DNA of 64,000 bases from an uncultured Oscillospiraceae bacterium (GCA_964573335.1 CAZNJJ010000001.1:2003-66002), one strand, 5' to 3'. Positions 48,484 through 57,577 are shown, counted from the first letter of the stretch. Numbers and translations: made by a program. Notes: a model not told the origin generated them from the sequence alone.

Positions 48484-49659
48484 ATGGGAATAAGAGAAAG
48501 ACTTTCCGGCAATGAGGCGATAGCCTACGCCATGAAACAGATAAATCCCGATGTGATGGGTGCCTTCCCGATAACCCCGTCCACCGAGATACCGCAGTAT
48601 TTTTCCACATACGTTGACAACGGCGAGGTGGATACCGAGTTCATCGCCGTTGAATCGGAACACTCCGCAATGTCCACCTGCATCGGCGCGGAAGCGGCGG
48701 GCTGCCGTGCGGTAAGCGCAACATCTTCCTGCGGACTCTGCTACATGACCGAGATGCTCTATGTAGCCGCCTCCGACAGACTGCCGATAACGCTGGCGGT
48801 TTCCTGCCGCGCGCTCTCCGGCCCTATCAACATCAACAACGACCACTCCGATGCTATGGGTGTTCGTGACGCGGGCTGGCTGATGCTTTTCGCCGAGACC
48901 AATCAGGAGGCTTATGACAACTATCTTCAGGCAATGAGAATAGCCGAGGCTGTCAGCCTGCCTATCATGATTTGTCAGGACGGCTTCATCACCTCTCACG
49001 CGATAGAGAACATCGAGCTTGTGGAAACCGACAAGGTTAAGGAATTTGTAGGCGAATACAAGCCCGACGAATATCTGCTCAACAAGAATAACCCGATGGC
49101 AGTCGGCGCTTATGCCACCCCCACATATTATATGGAAGCCAAGCGCTTGCAGGCTCAGGCTATGATAGATGCAAAGGATGTCATCAAGAAGGTCGGCAGG
49201 GAATTCGGCGAGATGACCGGTCGTGAATACGGTCTTATCGAAAAATACATGATGGACGATGCCGAAAGAGCCATCGTGATAATCGGTTCCTCTGCGGGAA
49301 CCGCTAAGGAAGCTATAAACGAGCTTCGCGCAAAGGGCGAAAAGGTAGGTCTTATCAAGGTGCGTTCCTTCCGCCCCTTCCCCAAGGAGGATATAGTTGA
49401 AGCGCTCAGAAATGTAAAGGCATTCGCCGTTATGGACAAGGCAGACAGCCAGAGCGCGCTCTGCGGCCCGATGTTCGCCGATGTATCCGCCGCGCTCTAC
49501 ACCTCCGATATACACCCGCTCGGCGTAAACTTCATCTATGGTCTCGGCGGCAGAGATGTTCGCGTTGAGAGCATACAGAAGGTTTTTGCCGAATTGGATA
49601 CCATCGTAAAAACAGGCTCGGTTGGCGAGAGCTACCGCTACCTCGATGTTCGTGAATAA
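48484..49659 (+). CDS. porA: 2-oxoacid:ferredoxin oxidoreductase alpha subunit
   Basis: SGNEA, FPITPST, ESEHSA, GLGGRD. Confidence 0.93.
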   Translation: MGIRERLSGNEAIAYAMKQINPDVMGAFPITPSTEIPQYFSTYVDNGEVDTEFIAVESEHSAMSTCIGAEAAGCRAVSATSSCGLCYMTEMLYVAASDRLPITLAVSCRALSGPININNDHSDAMGVRDAGWLMLFAETNQEAYDNYLQAMRIAEAVSLPIMICQDGFITSHAIENIELVETDKVKEFVGEYKPDEYLLNKNNPMAVGAYATPTYYMEAKRLQAQAMIDAKDVIKKVGREFGEMTGREYGLIEKYMMDDAERAIVIIGSSAGTAKEAINELRAKGEKVGLIKVRSFRPFPKEDIVEALRNVKAFAVMDKADSQSALCGPMFADVSAALYTSDIHPLGVNFIYGLGGRDVRVESIQKVFAELDTIVKTGSVGESYRYLDVRE

Positions 49660-49673
49660 GGAGGGGAAGATAA

Positions 49674-50606
49674 ATGAGCTACAATCTTAAACAGGAGCTT
49701 ATGAAAGAGGAGCGTCTCGCGGGCGGCCACAGAATGTGTGCGGGCTGCGGCTCTCCGATAGCTGTTCGCACGGTTTTGCGTGCGTTGGAACCCGAGGATA
49801 AGGCTGTTGTATGTTCCGCCACCTCCTGCCTTGAGGTTTCCACCTTTATGTATCCTTACACCGCCTGGAAGGGCAGCTTTATACACAACGCCTTTGAAAA
49901 CGCAGGCGCTACCATTTCCGGCGTTGAAACGGCTTATCGCGCGATGAAAAAGCGCGGCAAGATAGATGAAAGCTACAAGTTCATCGCTTTCGGAGGTGAC
50001 GGCGGCACCTATGATATTGGATTCCAGTCGCTTTCGGGCGCTATGGAGCGCGGTCATGACATGGTTTATGTCTGCTATGACAACGAAGCTTATATGAACA
50101 CCGGTATTCAGCGCTCCTCCTCCACCCCGCATTTCGCCGATACCACCACCACCCCCGCCGGAACCGTTATCCCCGGCAAGCCCCAGCGCAAAAAGGATCT
50201 CACAAAGATAATGGTGGCGCATAACATTCCCTATGTAGCGCAGACCACCTTTATCGGCAATTTCTCGGATATATCCACCAAGGCTCACAAGGCTATCTAC
50301 ACTCCCGGAGCCGCTTTCCTCAATATCATGGCTCCCTGTCCGAGAGGCTGGAGATACCCCTCCGAAAACCTTATGCTGGTCACCAAGGCGGCTGTTGACA
50401 CCTGTGTATGGCCGCTCTATGAGGTGATTGACGGCAAATATATCCTCAACTACAAGCCCAAGAACAAGCTCCCCGTTGAGGAATACCTCAAAATGCAGGG
50501 ACGTTTTGCTCATATGTTCAAGCCCGGCAACGAGTGGATGATAGAGCAGGTTCAGCAGGAAGTAGACCGCAACTGGGAGGAACTCCTCGCAAAGTGCGGC
50601 GAATAA
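49674..50606 (+). CDS. porB: 2-oxoacid:ferredoxin oxidoreductase beta subunit (TPP-binding)
   Basis: CAGCG, GGDGG, DNEAYMNTGIQ, PCPRGW. Confidence 0.94.
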   Translation: MSYNLKQELMKEERLAGGHRMCAGCGSPIAVRTVLRALEPEDKAVVCSATSCLEVSTFMYPYTAWKGSFIHNAFENAGATISGVETAYRAMKKRGKIDESYKFIAFGGDGGTYDIGFQSLSGAMERGHDMVYVCYDNEAYMNTGIQRSSSTPHFADTTTTPAGTVIPGKPQRKKDLTKIMVAHNIPYVAQTTFIGNFSDISTKAHKAIYTPGAAFLNIMAPCPRGWRYPSENLMLVTKAAVDTCVWPLYEVIDGKYILNYKPKNKLPVEEYLKMQGRFAHMFKPGNEWMIEQVQQEVDRNWEELLAKCGE

Positions 50607-50620
50607 GCCGAAAAGCCATA

Positions 50621-50657
50621 TTCCCCCGACTTTTTTACAAGGTCGGGGGAATTTTTT
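50621..50657 (+). terminator. Terminator after the por operon
   Basis: ttcccccgac/gtcgggggaa followed by T tract. Confidence 0.8.
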
Positions 50658-50763
50658 GTGCGGGAAATTGTAAATAATCGGAAAACTATCCCCGCTCGGT
50701 ATTGCAACGTATGTTTTGCTATGCTATTATGTGCTTAATCGGAAAATCGAAAGGACAATTTCT

Positions 50764-51411
50764 ATGAAATATAAAGGTTGGTTTTTAGCTCTCGCGGCTG
50801 TTTTGGCGCTCACCCCGCTGCTGTTGACAATAGCTGTCTATTCCTCGCTGCCGAATGAGATAATCATGAACTGGGGCATAGACGGCAGCACGGAATACCG
50901 CAGCAAAGCACAGCTTTTAATCCTGTCGGCACTGCCTATCATTATCGCGCCGATAATGCTCATTTCCCCGATGATAGACCCAAAGCGCAAGAATTATCAG
51001 AGCTTTTCCGCCGCTTATCAGGGCTTTATCATTATCATGCTGCTGTTTTTGACGGAAATGACAGCCATCATCGTTATCGAGGCTCTTTTTCCGCAAAGAG
51101 TATCAATATACAAAGTCATCATGGTGTCACTGGGACTGCTGTTTGTCTTTTTCGGCAGCATCTGCCCCAAGGTTAAAACCAATTTTCGGATTGGCTTTAA
51201 AAATCCGTGGACTATATCCGACAGTGATATATGGGCAAAAACAAATCGACTTGGCGGATATATGTTTTTGGTTTCGGGAACCGTAATATGCCTTGCCCCC
51301 TTTTTTCTCGCCGAAAAAATCGGATATTTCACACTTTTAGCGACTATATTGCTCTCCTGTGTTATTCCCACTGTGATGAGTTATCTCTGGTATAAAGCAA
51401 AAAACAACTGA
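50764..51411 (+). CDS. SdpI family membrane protein (DUF1648 + SdpI)
   Basis: LPNEIIMNWGIDG, IDPKRKNY, NFRIGFKNPWT, WAKTNRLGG; promoter TTGCAA-17-TATTAT at 50702-50730. Confidence 0.85.
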   Translation: MKYKGWFLALAAVLALTPLLLTIAVYSSLPNEIIMNWGIDGSTEYRSKAQLLILSALPIIIAPIMLISPMIDPKRKNYQSFSAAYQGFIIIMLLFLTEMTAIIVIEALFPQRVSIYKVIMVSLGLLFVFFGSICPKVKTNFRIGFKNPWTISDSDIWAKTNRLGGYMFLVSGTVICLAPFFLAEKIGYFTLLATILLSCVIPTVMSYLWYKAKNN

Positions 51412-51576
51412 TTCCGCTAAAAAACAAGCTGTTCCTCCGCCGAAAAGCGGAGGAATTTGTTATTTATAAATAACTGTGCGCGGCATTTTATATGCAGAAT
51501 TACACTTTCGATAAAAGGCTGAAATATGTTATCGTATTTATGTGCAAAGCACCTAAATCATTTGGGGGTAAAACTA

Positions 51577-51858
51577 ATGGAGCAATCGCTGAAAGAGATT
51601 TTACAACGACTGGAAAGAATCGAGCAGACACAGCAAAAGCTGGTGGAGCGTCTGGAAAGCATAGAGGACTGGCAGGATACCAACGCGCGTATGGAGGAGG
51701 AATGGCGGCAGTCGGTCGGAACCGATTTTGCCATGATTTCAGCCGAGCATGACCTTTTGATGCAGGGACTTGCCGATATATCTCCCACGATAAAGAATAT
51801 GCTGGATACACGATTCAGCCCCGCCAAAAGAGTGATAGGAAAGATAGTAAAGAAGTGA
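51577..51858 (+). CDS. Hypothetical coiled-coil protein (93 aa)
   Basis: GGGGG RBS, heptad pattern LKEILQRLERIEQTQQKLVERLESIE, flanked by terminator-like hairpins. Confidence 0.65.
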   Translation: MEQSLKEILQRLERIEQTQQKLVERLESIEDWQDTNARMEEEWRQSVGTDFAMISAEHDLLMQGLADISPTIKNMLDTRFSPAKRVIGKIVKK

Positions 51859-51859
51859 A

Positions 51860-51905
51860 AAAGCGCCGAACCGCGTTGAAACAGACCGGTTCGGCGCTTA
51901 TTTTA
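51860..51905. terminator. Bidirectional terminator
   Basis: aagcgccgaaccg/cggttcggcgctt. Confidence 0.75.
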
Positions 51906-51906
51906 T

Positions 51907-52605
51907 TTACGGTATAACCGAGTCATCAAAGAACTTGCGGTATTCATCGGAATAGACTTTTCCGCCAAGTCGTCTCACACCGCCGTAAAGATGCCTTTTC
52001 AAAAGCGGCTCTATCGACTCTATATCCTTGTTGTCGATTATCTTCATCAATTCCTCATGCTCCTCGATAACATCGGGAACGTTTTTCGCCCCGACTATAT
52101 CAAGGCGGATAAATCGGCTGTAATCCGGCTGCGGCTTTACTAGGTTATTCCATATATAGAGCTTGTCGGTGGCTTTAAACCATATATGGTGCATCGAAAG
52201 GTCAACATGGAGGAAATGCGCTATATCAAAGGTTTCCAAATCGTTTCTTCCCTCTGCCGCCTTGTAGAGCATTTCCATAGCGTAGCGCACCTGTTCCACA
52301 ACAGACGGAGTGCAGGAAACTACAAAATCACGAAAAACCGCCGCCTCAACCGCCACGCGGTTGTATATAAACTGGTCGGCTATATTTATATTTATAGGGG
52401 TGACTATCGTTCCCTTGTGGGGAATTATCTTGACAAATCCGCCCTGCTCCAGCCTTTGCAGCGCGCTGCGAATAGGAGTTCTCGAAACTCCGAACCGCTT
52501 GCACAAGCTGTTTTCGCTCAATATGTCACCGGGCAGCACTTTCAGGTCAACTATTTCCTGTTCGAGCTGTGAATAGATAGTGTCGGGACATACCACACAC
52601 GGCAT
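51907..52605 (-). CDS. GntR family transcriptional regulator (FCD domain)
   Basis: PGDILSE..LC..FGVSRTPIRSAL..L wHTH; C-terminal FCD with EEH...L..HL. Confidence 0.93.
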   Translation of the reverse strand: MPCVVCPDTIYSQLEQEIVDLKVLPGDILSENSLCKRFGVSRTPIRSALQRLEQGGFVKIIPHKGTIVTPININIADQFIYNRVAVEAAVFRDFVVSCTPSVVEQVRYAMEMLYKAAEGRNDLETFDIAHFLHVDLSMHHIWFKATDKLYIWNNLVKPQPDYSRFIRLDIVGAKNVPDVIEEHEELMKIIDNKDIESIEPLLKRHLYGGVRRLGGKVYSDEYRKFFDDSVIP

Positions 52606-52692
52606 TTTTACCCCTCCTTTTAAACAACTTTTATTCAATATATGATTTTTGAGAATTTTTGTCAAGTAAAAGCGAACAGTTTGGCGCCAGAC

Positions 52693-52702
52693 ATGTATAC
52701 AA
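52693..52702. promoter_or_regulatory. Candidate GntR operator near gntR
   Basis: ATGTATACAA, 9/10 match to the box at 52916. Confidence 0.5.
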
Positions 52703-52869
52703 GTTAACAAATTTAATTGCTTTGCTTTGTGCAAAAGAATACAGAAGCGATGCAGTCATTGTATTCAAATCATAAATTCGCAACCGTTTTTTGTTAATTT
52801 TGTTGACATAATCGGAGTAATTTCGAGTAATAGTGTTAAGAAATCGTTAATATCATGTAAATATTCCTC

Positions 52870-52934
52870 TTGCAAATGTTAATTTCTTCTGCTATTATGT
52901 TGGTAAATCAAAAGGTTGTATACAAGATACAACC
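52870..52934 (+). promoter_or_regulatory. dctP promoter (TTGCAA-17-TATTAT) followed by a GntR-type operator
   Basis: TTGTATACAA palindrome 52916-52925 nested in GGTTGTAT-N5-ATACAACC 52914-52934. Confidence 0.7.
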
Positions 52935-52951
52935 AAATAGGAGGATTACAA

Positions 52952-54049
52952 ATGAAAAAGCTCATCGCACTTGTTCTCTGCCTTGCAATGACAGCGTCAC
53001 TGGCTGCCTGCGGCGGCTCTTCCGCTCCTGCGGCTTCTGCGGCTCCCGCTCCCGCTGCTCCTGCGGCACCCGCTTCTTCCGCAGCTCCCGCTGCCGATGC
53101 CGATCCCTTTGCCGGACTCGGTGACTTCACTATGGTAGTAGGTCACGCACAGCCCGAAGGCAACCCCCGTTACGTTTCCATGGAAAAGTTTGCTGCCGAC
53201 GTTGCTGAAAAGACCAACGGTCATGTAAAGATTGAAGTTTACGGCAATGGCCAGCTCGGAACCGAAAAGGAAATGCTCGAGCAGGTTGTTGCAGGAACCA
53301 CTCAGGGTATGCGCGGCGGTCAGTTCGATTTCAGCCCCCGACTTCTGATGTTCACCCTGCCCTTCCTCACCAGCACCCGTGCCGAGGTTACCGCGCTTCT
53401 CCAGAGCGACCTTGCAAAGACCATCTGCACCGAGGCTGAGGCTGCTACCGGCACCGTTATCATCAACCTCTGCGACGCAGGCGGCTATCGTCAGTTCTCC
53501 AACAACAAGCATGCCATCACCAAGCCCGAAGACCTCAAGGGTCTGAAGATGCGTACCAACGGCATGAAGACCATCGACCTCACCTTCCAGACTCTCGGTG
53601 CTACCACCACCAGCGTTCCCTATTCCGACCTTTACATGGGTCTTAAGACCGGCGTTGCCGACGGTCAGGAGAACCCCTGGGTTAACGTTCAGGGCATGAA
53701 GTTCTATGAGGTTCAGAAGTACTTCACCGAAGTTAACTACCAGTTCCATCCCGACCCCTTCTATGTAAACGCTGCATGGTGGAATGCTCTCCCCGAGGAG
53801 TATCGCAACATCATCACCGAGTGCGCTACCGCTATGGGCGACTACAACGACTACCTCATCGACCAGAACTCCGACGCTGCAAAGCAGGAGATCATCAACT
53901 CCGGCGCTGAGGTTTATGTTCCCACCGCTGAGGAGCTCAAGGCATTCCAGGAGGCTATGAAGCCTGTTTACGACAAGTGCGTAGCCGAGGGCATCTGCTC
54001 TGCCGACGAGCTTGCCAAGATGCAGGAAATCGTTGCATCCGTTAAGTAA
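52952..54049 (+). CDS. dctP: TRAP transporter substrate-binding lipoprotein DctP
   Basis: Lipobox LAAC, Ala/Pro linker, GQLG.E, LKGLKMRT (conserved Arg), DGQENP. Confidence 0.94.
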   Translation: MKKLIALVLCLAMTASLAACGGSSAPAASAAPAPAAPAAPASSAAPAADADPFAGLGDFTMVVGHAQPEGNPRYVSMEKFAADVAEKTNGHVKIEVYGNGQLGTEKEMLEQVVAGTTQGMRGGQFDFSPRLLMFTLPFLTSTRAEVTALLQSDLAKTICTEAEAATGTVIINLCDAGGYRQFSNNKHAITKPEDLKGLKMRTNGMKTIDLTFQTLGATTTSVPYSDLYMGLKTGVADGQENPWVNVQGMKFYEVQKYFTEVNYQFHPDPFYVNAAWWNALPEEYRNIITECATAMGDYNDYLIDQNSDAAKQEIINSGAEVYVPTAEELKAFQEAMKPVYDKCVAEGICSADELAKMQEIVASVK

Positions 54050-54078
54050 TCTCAAGTAATTTTACCCTTATCAACCAC

Positions 54079-54105
54079 GGGCGGTCGGGGACTACCCGAC
54101 CGCCC
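54079..54105 (+). other. Intercistronic stem-loop after dctP
   Basis: Perfect 10-bp GC stem gggcggtcgg/ccgaccgccc without a long U tract. Confidence 0.65.
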
Positions 54106-54133
54106 AACTTATAAGCAGAAAGGGCTGATTACC

Positions 54134-54655
54134 ATAGAAAGCCTCAAGAAAATAGGAAAAAAGCTGTTTGACATTTATTTTGCCATCGGAGTTATCGCCA
54201 TGGCGCTGTTAGCTTTCCTCGTAGTATTCGCAGTTATTGCGCGCTATTTCTTCTCTTACAGTTGGAAAGAACTTTCCGAGTTTAACACCACCCTGTTCGC
54301 TTTCACCACCTTCTGGGGAATGGGAGTAAACATCATCAAGGACGAACACGTAATTATAGACATAATATATGACCGTATCCGTCCCGCAATCAAGCGTTGG
54401 CTGGCTGTTTTCAACTACATTGTCGTTCTGGTGGTAGATGTAATATTCGTTCATCAGGGAATAAAGTATGTCAGCATGGCAGGAAAACAGATCAGCATGG
54501 GTATGGAAATCCCCATGATGTATATGTACGGAATCATGCCTGTTACAGGCGTTATCTGTGCGCTCTGCATCATTGTTAAAATAATAATGCTCATCACCGC
54601 GGACATCAGCACCTTTGAGCCTAAAAACAAGGTACTCACCGCGGACGACGAATAA
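54134..54655 (+). CDS. dctQ: TRAP small permease DctQ (probable non-canonical ATA start)
   Basis: ARY, W.E, HV.ID motifs, 4 TM; frame open upstream of ATG 54200 to the RBS with no ATG/GTG/TTG. Confidence 0.85.
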   Translation: MESLKKIGKKLFDIYFAIGVIAMALLAFLVVFAVIARYFFSYSWKELSEFNTTLFAFTTFWGMGVNIIKDEHVIIDIIYDRIRPAIKRWLAVFNYIVVLVVDVIFVHQGIKYVSMAGKQISMGMEIPMMYMYGIMPVTGVICALCIIVKIIMLITADISTFEPKNKVLTADDE

Positions 54656-54673
54656 CGAAAGGAGAAAAGTAAC

Positions 54674-55966
54674 ATGGCAATGCTTATTTTGTTGGTGCTG
54701 CTTATCTTCTTTGCGGCACTTGGAATACCGCTGGCTTTCGCTATCGGCGCTTCCTGCGTAACCTACATATCCGCTAACGCTCCCACCTTTATGGGAATGT
54801 TGCCTCAGCGCGTTTGGAACGGCGTTTTCAGCGAGCTGATGATAGCTATGCCCCTCTTTATGCTCGCTGGCGAATTGATGAACACCGGCGGCATCACACA
54901 GCGAATCATCGACTTTTGCAGTGAGCTGCTGCAGCCTGTTCGCGGCGGCTTGGGCGAGGTAAATATCGTGGCTTCCATGATATTCGGCGGAATCTCCGGC
55001 TCCTCCGTAGCCGACACCTCCGCTCTCGGCTCTATCCTTATTCCCGCAATGGAAAAAGAGGGCTATCCCCCCGATGCTTCGGCAGGTATCACGGTAGCCT
55101 CCTCCACCATGGGCATGATAATCCCGCCCTCCACCCCGATGATAGTTTATTCGATGATTTCGGGCGCGTCGGTAGGCGCGTTGTTCATCGCCGGCGCTGT
55201 TCCCGGAATACTCATCGGTCTGACCCAGTTGGTACTCGTTTATGTTATCAGCCACAAAAAAGGCTGGCACCCCGCCAAGCGCAAGTTTGATTCTCGCCGC
55301 TTCTTCAAGGCCATATTCTCCGGTCTGCCCGCACTCATCATGCCTCTCTTTATCATAGCCTGTGTTTCCTTTGGTATCTGCACAGCTTCCGAGAGCGCAG
55401 GTGTAGCTGTTCTTTATTCGATACTGGTAGGCTTCTTCTGCTACAAGGAGCTGACCTGGAAGGGCATCGTAGAAGCTCTCAAAAAGACTTTCATTTCTTC
55501 CTCCTCCATCATGCTGATAATCGGCTTTACCACCATCTTCACATGGGTTCTCACCATGCAGAAGGTGCCGCAGACCGTCGGCGCGTTCTTTATGAGCCTG
55601 AATATGCCCCGCTGGGCAATCGCTCTGCTCTTTGACGTGCTTATCCTCATGATAGGAACCTTTATCGACGTAAGCCCCGCGATACTGCTTCTCACCCCCA
55701 TTCTGCTGCCGGTAATGGAAAGCTACGGCTTCTCCCCGCTCCAGTTTGGCGCTATGATGATAACCGGTCTCGCTATCGGACTTGTTACTCCCCCTGTCGG
55801 AATGTGCCTCAACGCCTGCAACAAGATAAACCGTATGCCCATCATAGACATATTCAAGGGCGCTGCTCCCTATCTGACCTGCAATATCATAGTTCTTATC
55901 TCTATCAGCCTTTGGGAGCCGCTGACTATCTGGCTGCCGACAATTCTCGGATACAGTATTTTCTAA
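54674..55966 (+). CDS. dctM: TRAP large permease DctM
   Basis: AMPLFMLAGELMN.GG, GGISGSSVAD, IIPPS, TPPVG. Confidence 0.95.
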   Translation: MAMLILLVLLIFFAALGIPLAFAIGASCVTYISANAPTFMGMLPQRVWNGVFSELMIAMPLFMLAGELMNTGGITQRIIDFCSELLQPVRGGLGEVNIVASMIFGGISGSSVADTSALGSILIPAMEKEGYPPDASAGITVASSTMGMIIPPSTPMIVYSMISGASVGALFIAGAVPGILIGLTQLVLVYVISHKKGWHPAKRKFDSRRFFKAIFSGLPALIMPLFIIACVSFGICTASESAGVAVLYSILVGFFCYKELTWKGIVEALKKTFISSSSIMLIIGFTTIFTWVLTMQKVPQTVGAFFMSLNMPRWAIALLFDVLILMIGTFIDVSPAILLLTPILLPVMESYGFSPLQFGAMMITGLAIGLVTPPVGMCLNACNKINRMPIIDIFKGAAPYLTCNIIVLISISLWEPLTIWLPTILGYSIF

Positions 55967-55978
55967 GGAGTGTGTGTT

Positions 55979-56770
55979 GTGACTTTAAAAGAAAAGATGA
56001 AAAAGGGTCCTGTTTTCGGCATGGCGTGCTTCACCGGAACCACCTGCGTTATCGAAAACATTGCTATGTCCGGTCTGGACTTTATCTACCTCGACCTTGA
56101 GCATACCAACTATATGCTCGACGAGGCTTTTGAAAAGCAGATAATGGCTGCCAAGCTGCATGACATCTCGATTCTTGTGAGAATGGCTGATGACGATGAG
56201 GTAGCTATCCGCAAGGTTCTCGAATGGGGCGCTGACGGCGTTGTAATTCCCCACTGCAAGACCGCAGAGATGGCTCGCCGCTGTGTAGAAGCCGCTAAGT
56301 TCCAACCGCTCGGCAGACGCGGCGGAGAGACCAACGTTCGCGCCGCCGGATTCGGCTATCACGATTTTGACTGGAACAAGTATATCGAGCAGCAGAACCG
56401 TGATACCCTCGTTATCCCGATGGACGAGGACTTTGAGTTCACCGACAATATCGACGAGATTCTCGCTGTTGAGGGAATTGATGCCGTAAACTTCGGACCT
56501 ATCGACTACGCCGTTTCCAAGCAGCTCAAAATCGGCTACACCATGGGCGAGGAGGTCACCAAGGCTTATGACATTCTCGTTGAAAAGTGCAAGGCAAAGG
56601 GTCTCGGCGTGCTGGGTCCCGTTGTTCCTCCCACGCAGGAAAACCTCAAAAACGCCATTGCCAACGGTTACACCATGATAATCCTCGGCAACGATATGTG
56701 GCATTTCCAAAAGGCACTCAAAGAGCTGGTCAACGACAATGTTGAGCCGGTAAGAGAGTCGCTCAAATAA
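55979..56770 (+). CDS. HpcH/HpaI family class II aldolase
   Basis: DLEH, LVRM, GADGVVIPH, PLGRRG, E..NIDEILAVEGIDAVNFGPID. Confidence 0.88.
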   Translation: MTLKEKMKKGPVFGMACFTGTTCVIENIAMSGLDFIYLDLEHTNYMLDEAFEKQIMAAKLHDISILVRMADDDEVAIRKVLEWGADGVVIPHCKTAEMARRCVEAAKFQPLGRRGGETNVRAAGFGYHDFDWNKYIEQQNRDTLVIPMDEDFEFTDNIDEILAVEGIDAVNFGPIDYAVSKQLKIGYTMGEEVTKAYDILVEKCKAKGLGVLGPVVPPTQENLKNAIANGYTMIILGNDMWHFQKALKELVNDNVEPVRESLK

Positions 56771-56780
56771 CAGCCATATT

Positions 56781-56817
56781 AAAACACCGTCTCGGAAATA
56801 AACCGAGACGGTGTTTT
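56781..56817. terminator. Bidirectional terminator
   Basis: aaaacaccgtctcgg/ccgagacggtgtttt. Confidence 0.85.
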
Positions 56818-56841
56818 TGGTTTTGACCGCGTTTTTTCGCA

Positions 56842-57549
56842 TCAGGAAAGCGCCTTGGGTCTTGCGCCAGCCGCCTTTATCGCCGCCACCGCCAGAATGA
56901 GGGTGGGATCAACATACGGCAGTTCTATCTGATAGGCGGCAAATGCCGGGGGCAGCTCTGTGCAGGCGAGAACAAGGGTCTGCGCGCCATGCTCCAACAT
57001 TCTTTTTCCAACGGCGCAAAACGGCTTGATGTCCACCATTTTGCCCGCCTTTATTCCATCGTATATAACATGGGTTACGGTTTTGCGCTCGTTATCATCA
57101 GGCAAAACGAGGTCTATTCCAAATTCGCTCAGAGCTTTGCGGTAAACATCGGTTTTCAGCGTTCCGTCGGTAGCCAAAAGCCCGATTTTGCCTATATGGT
57201 GCTGTTTGAGATAGGCGGCGGTCTCCTCCACCATGCTCAGCACGGGGATATTAACCGCGCGGCAAACTCCCTCATAAAAATAATGCGCTGTGTTGCAGGG
57301 GATAATGAGCAGGTCGGATCCGGCGTTTTCAAGCGTTTTCGCGGAGCTTATCATCATCGGCAGAGAACTTTCACCGCCGCCGAGTATCGCCTCGGTTCTG
57401 TCGGGAATAGCGGGCTGATTGTCGATTATTATATGAATATGCTCCTGGTCGTTGTCGGCGCAGGTCATTCTTACTATCTTTCCGAAAATGTCAACAGTGG
57501 CAAGCGGCCCCATACCGCCCAATATGCCAATGGTTTTGTAGCTGCTCAT
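56842..57549 (-). CDS. Aspartate/glutamate racemase family protein
   Basis: IGILGGMGPLAT, IPDRT, IPCNTAH and LACTEL (both catalytic Cys). Confidence 0.92.
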   Translation of the reverse strand: MSSYKTIGILGGMGPLATVDIFGKIVRMTCADNDQEHIHIIIDNQPAIPDRTEAILGGGESSLPMMISSAKTLENAGSDLLIIPCNTAHYFYEGVCRAVNIPVLSMVEETAAYLKQHHIGKIGLLATDGTLKTDVYRKALSEFGIDLVLPDDNERKTVTHVIYDGIKAGKMVDIKPFCAVGKRMLEHGAQTLVLACTELPPAFAAYQIELPYVDPTLILAVAAIKAAGARPKALS

Positions 57550-57562
57550 AGCTGCTTCCTCC

Positions 57563-57577
57563 TATTCTCTGAAAATT
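57563..57577. promoter_or_regulatory. Possible CodY box upstream of the racemase
   Basis: TATTCTCTGAAAATT, 13/15 match to AATTTTCWGAAAATT, next to the RBS. Confidence 0.35.

Noticed and set aside
53010-53105. Repetitive gctcc/gcggc tract in dctP
   Set aside because: Encodes an ordinary Ala/Pro/Ser lipoprotein linker, not a DNA repeat element
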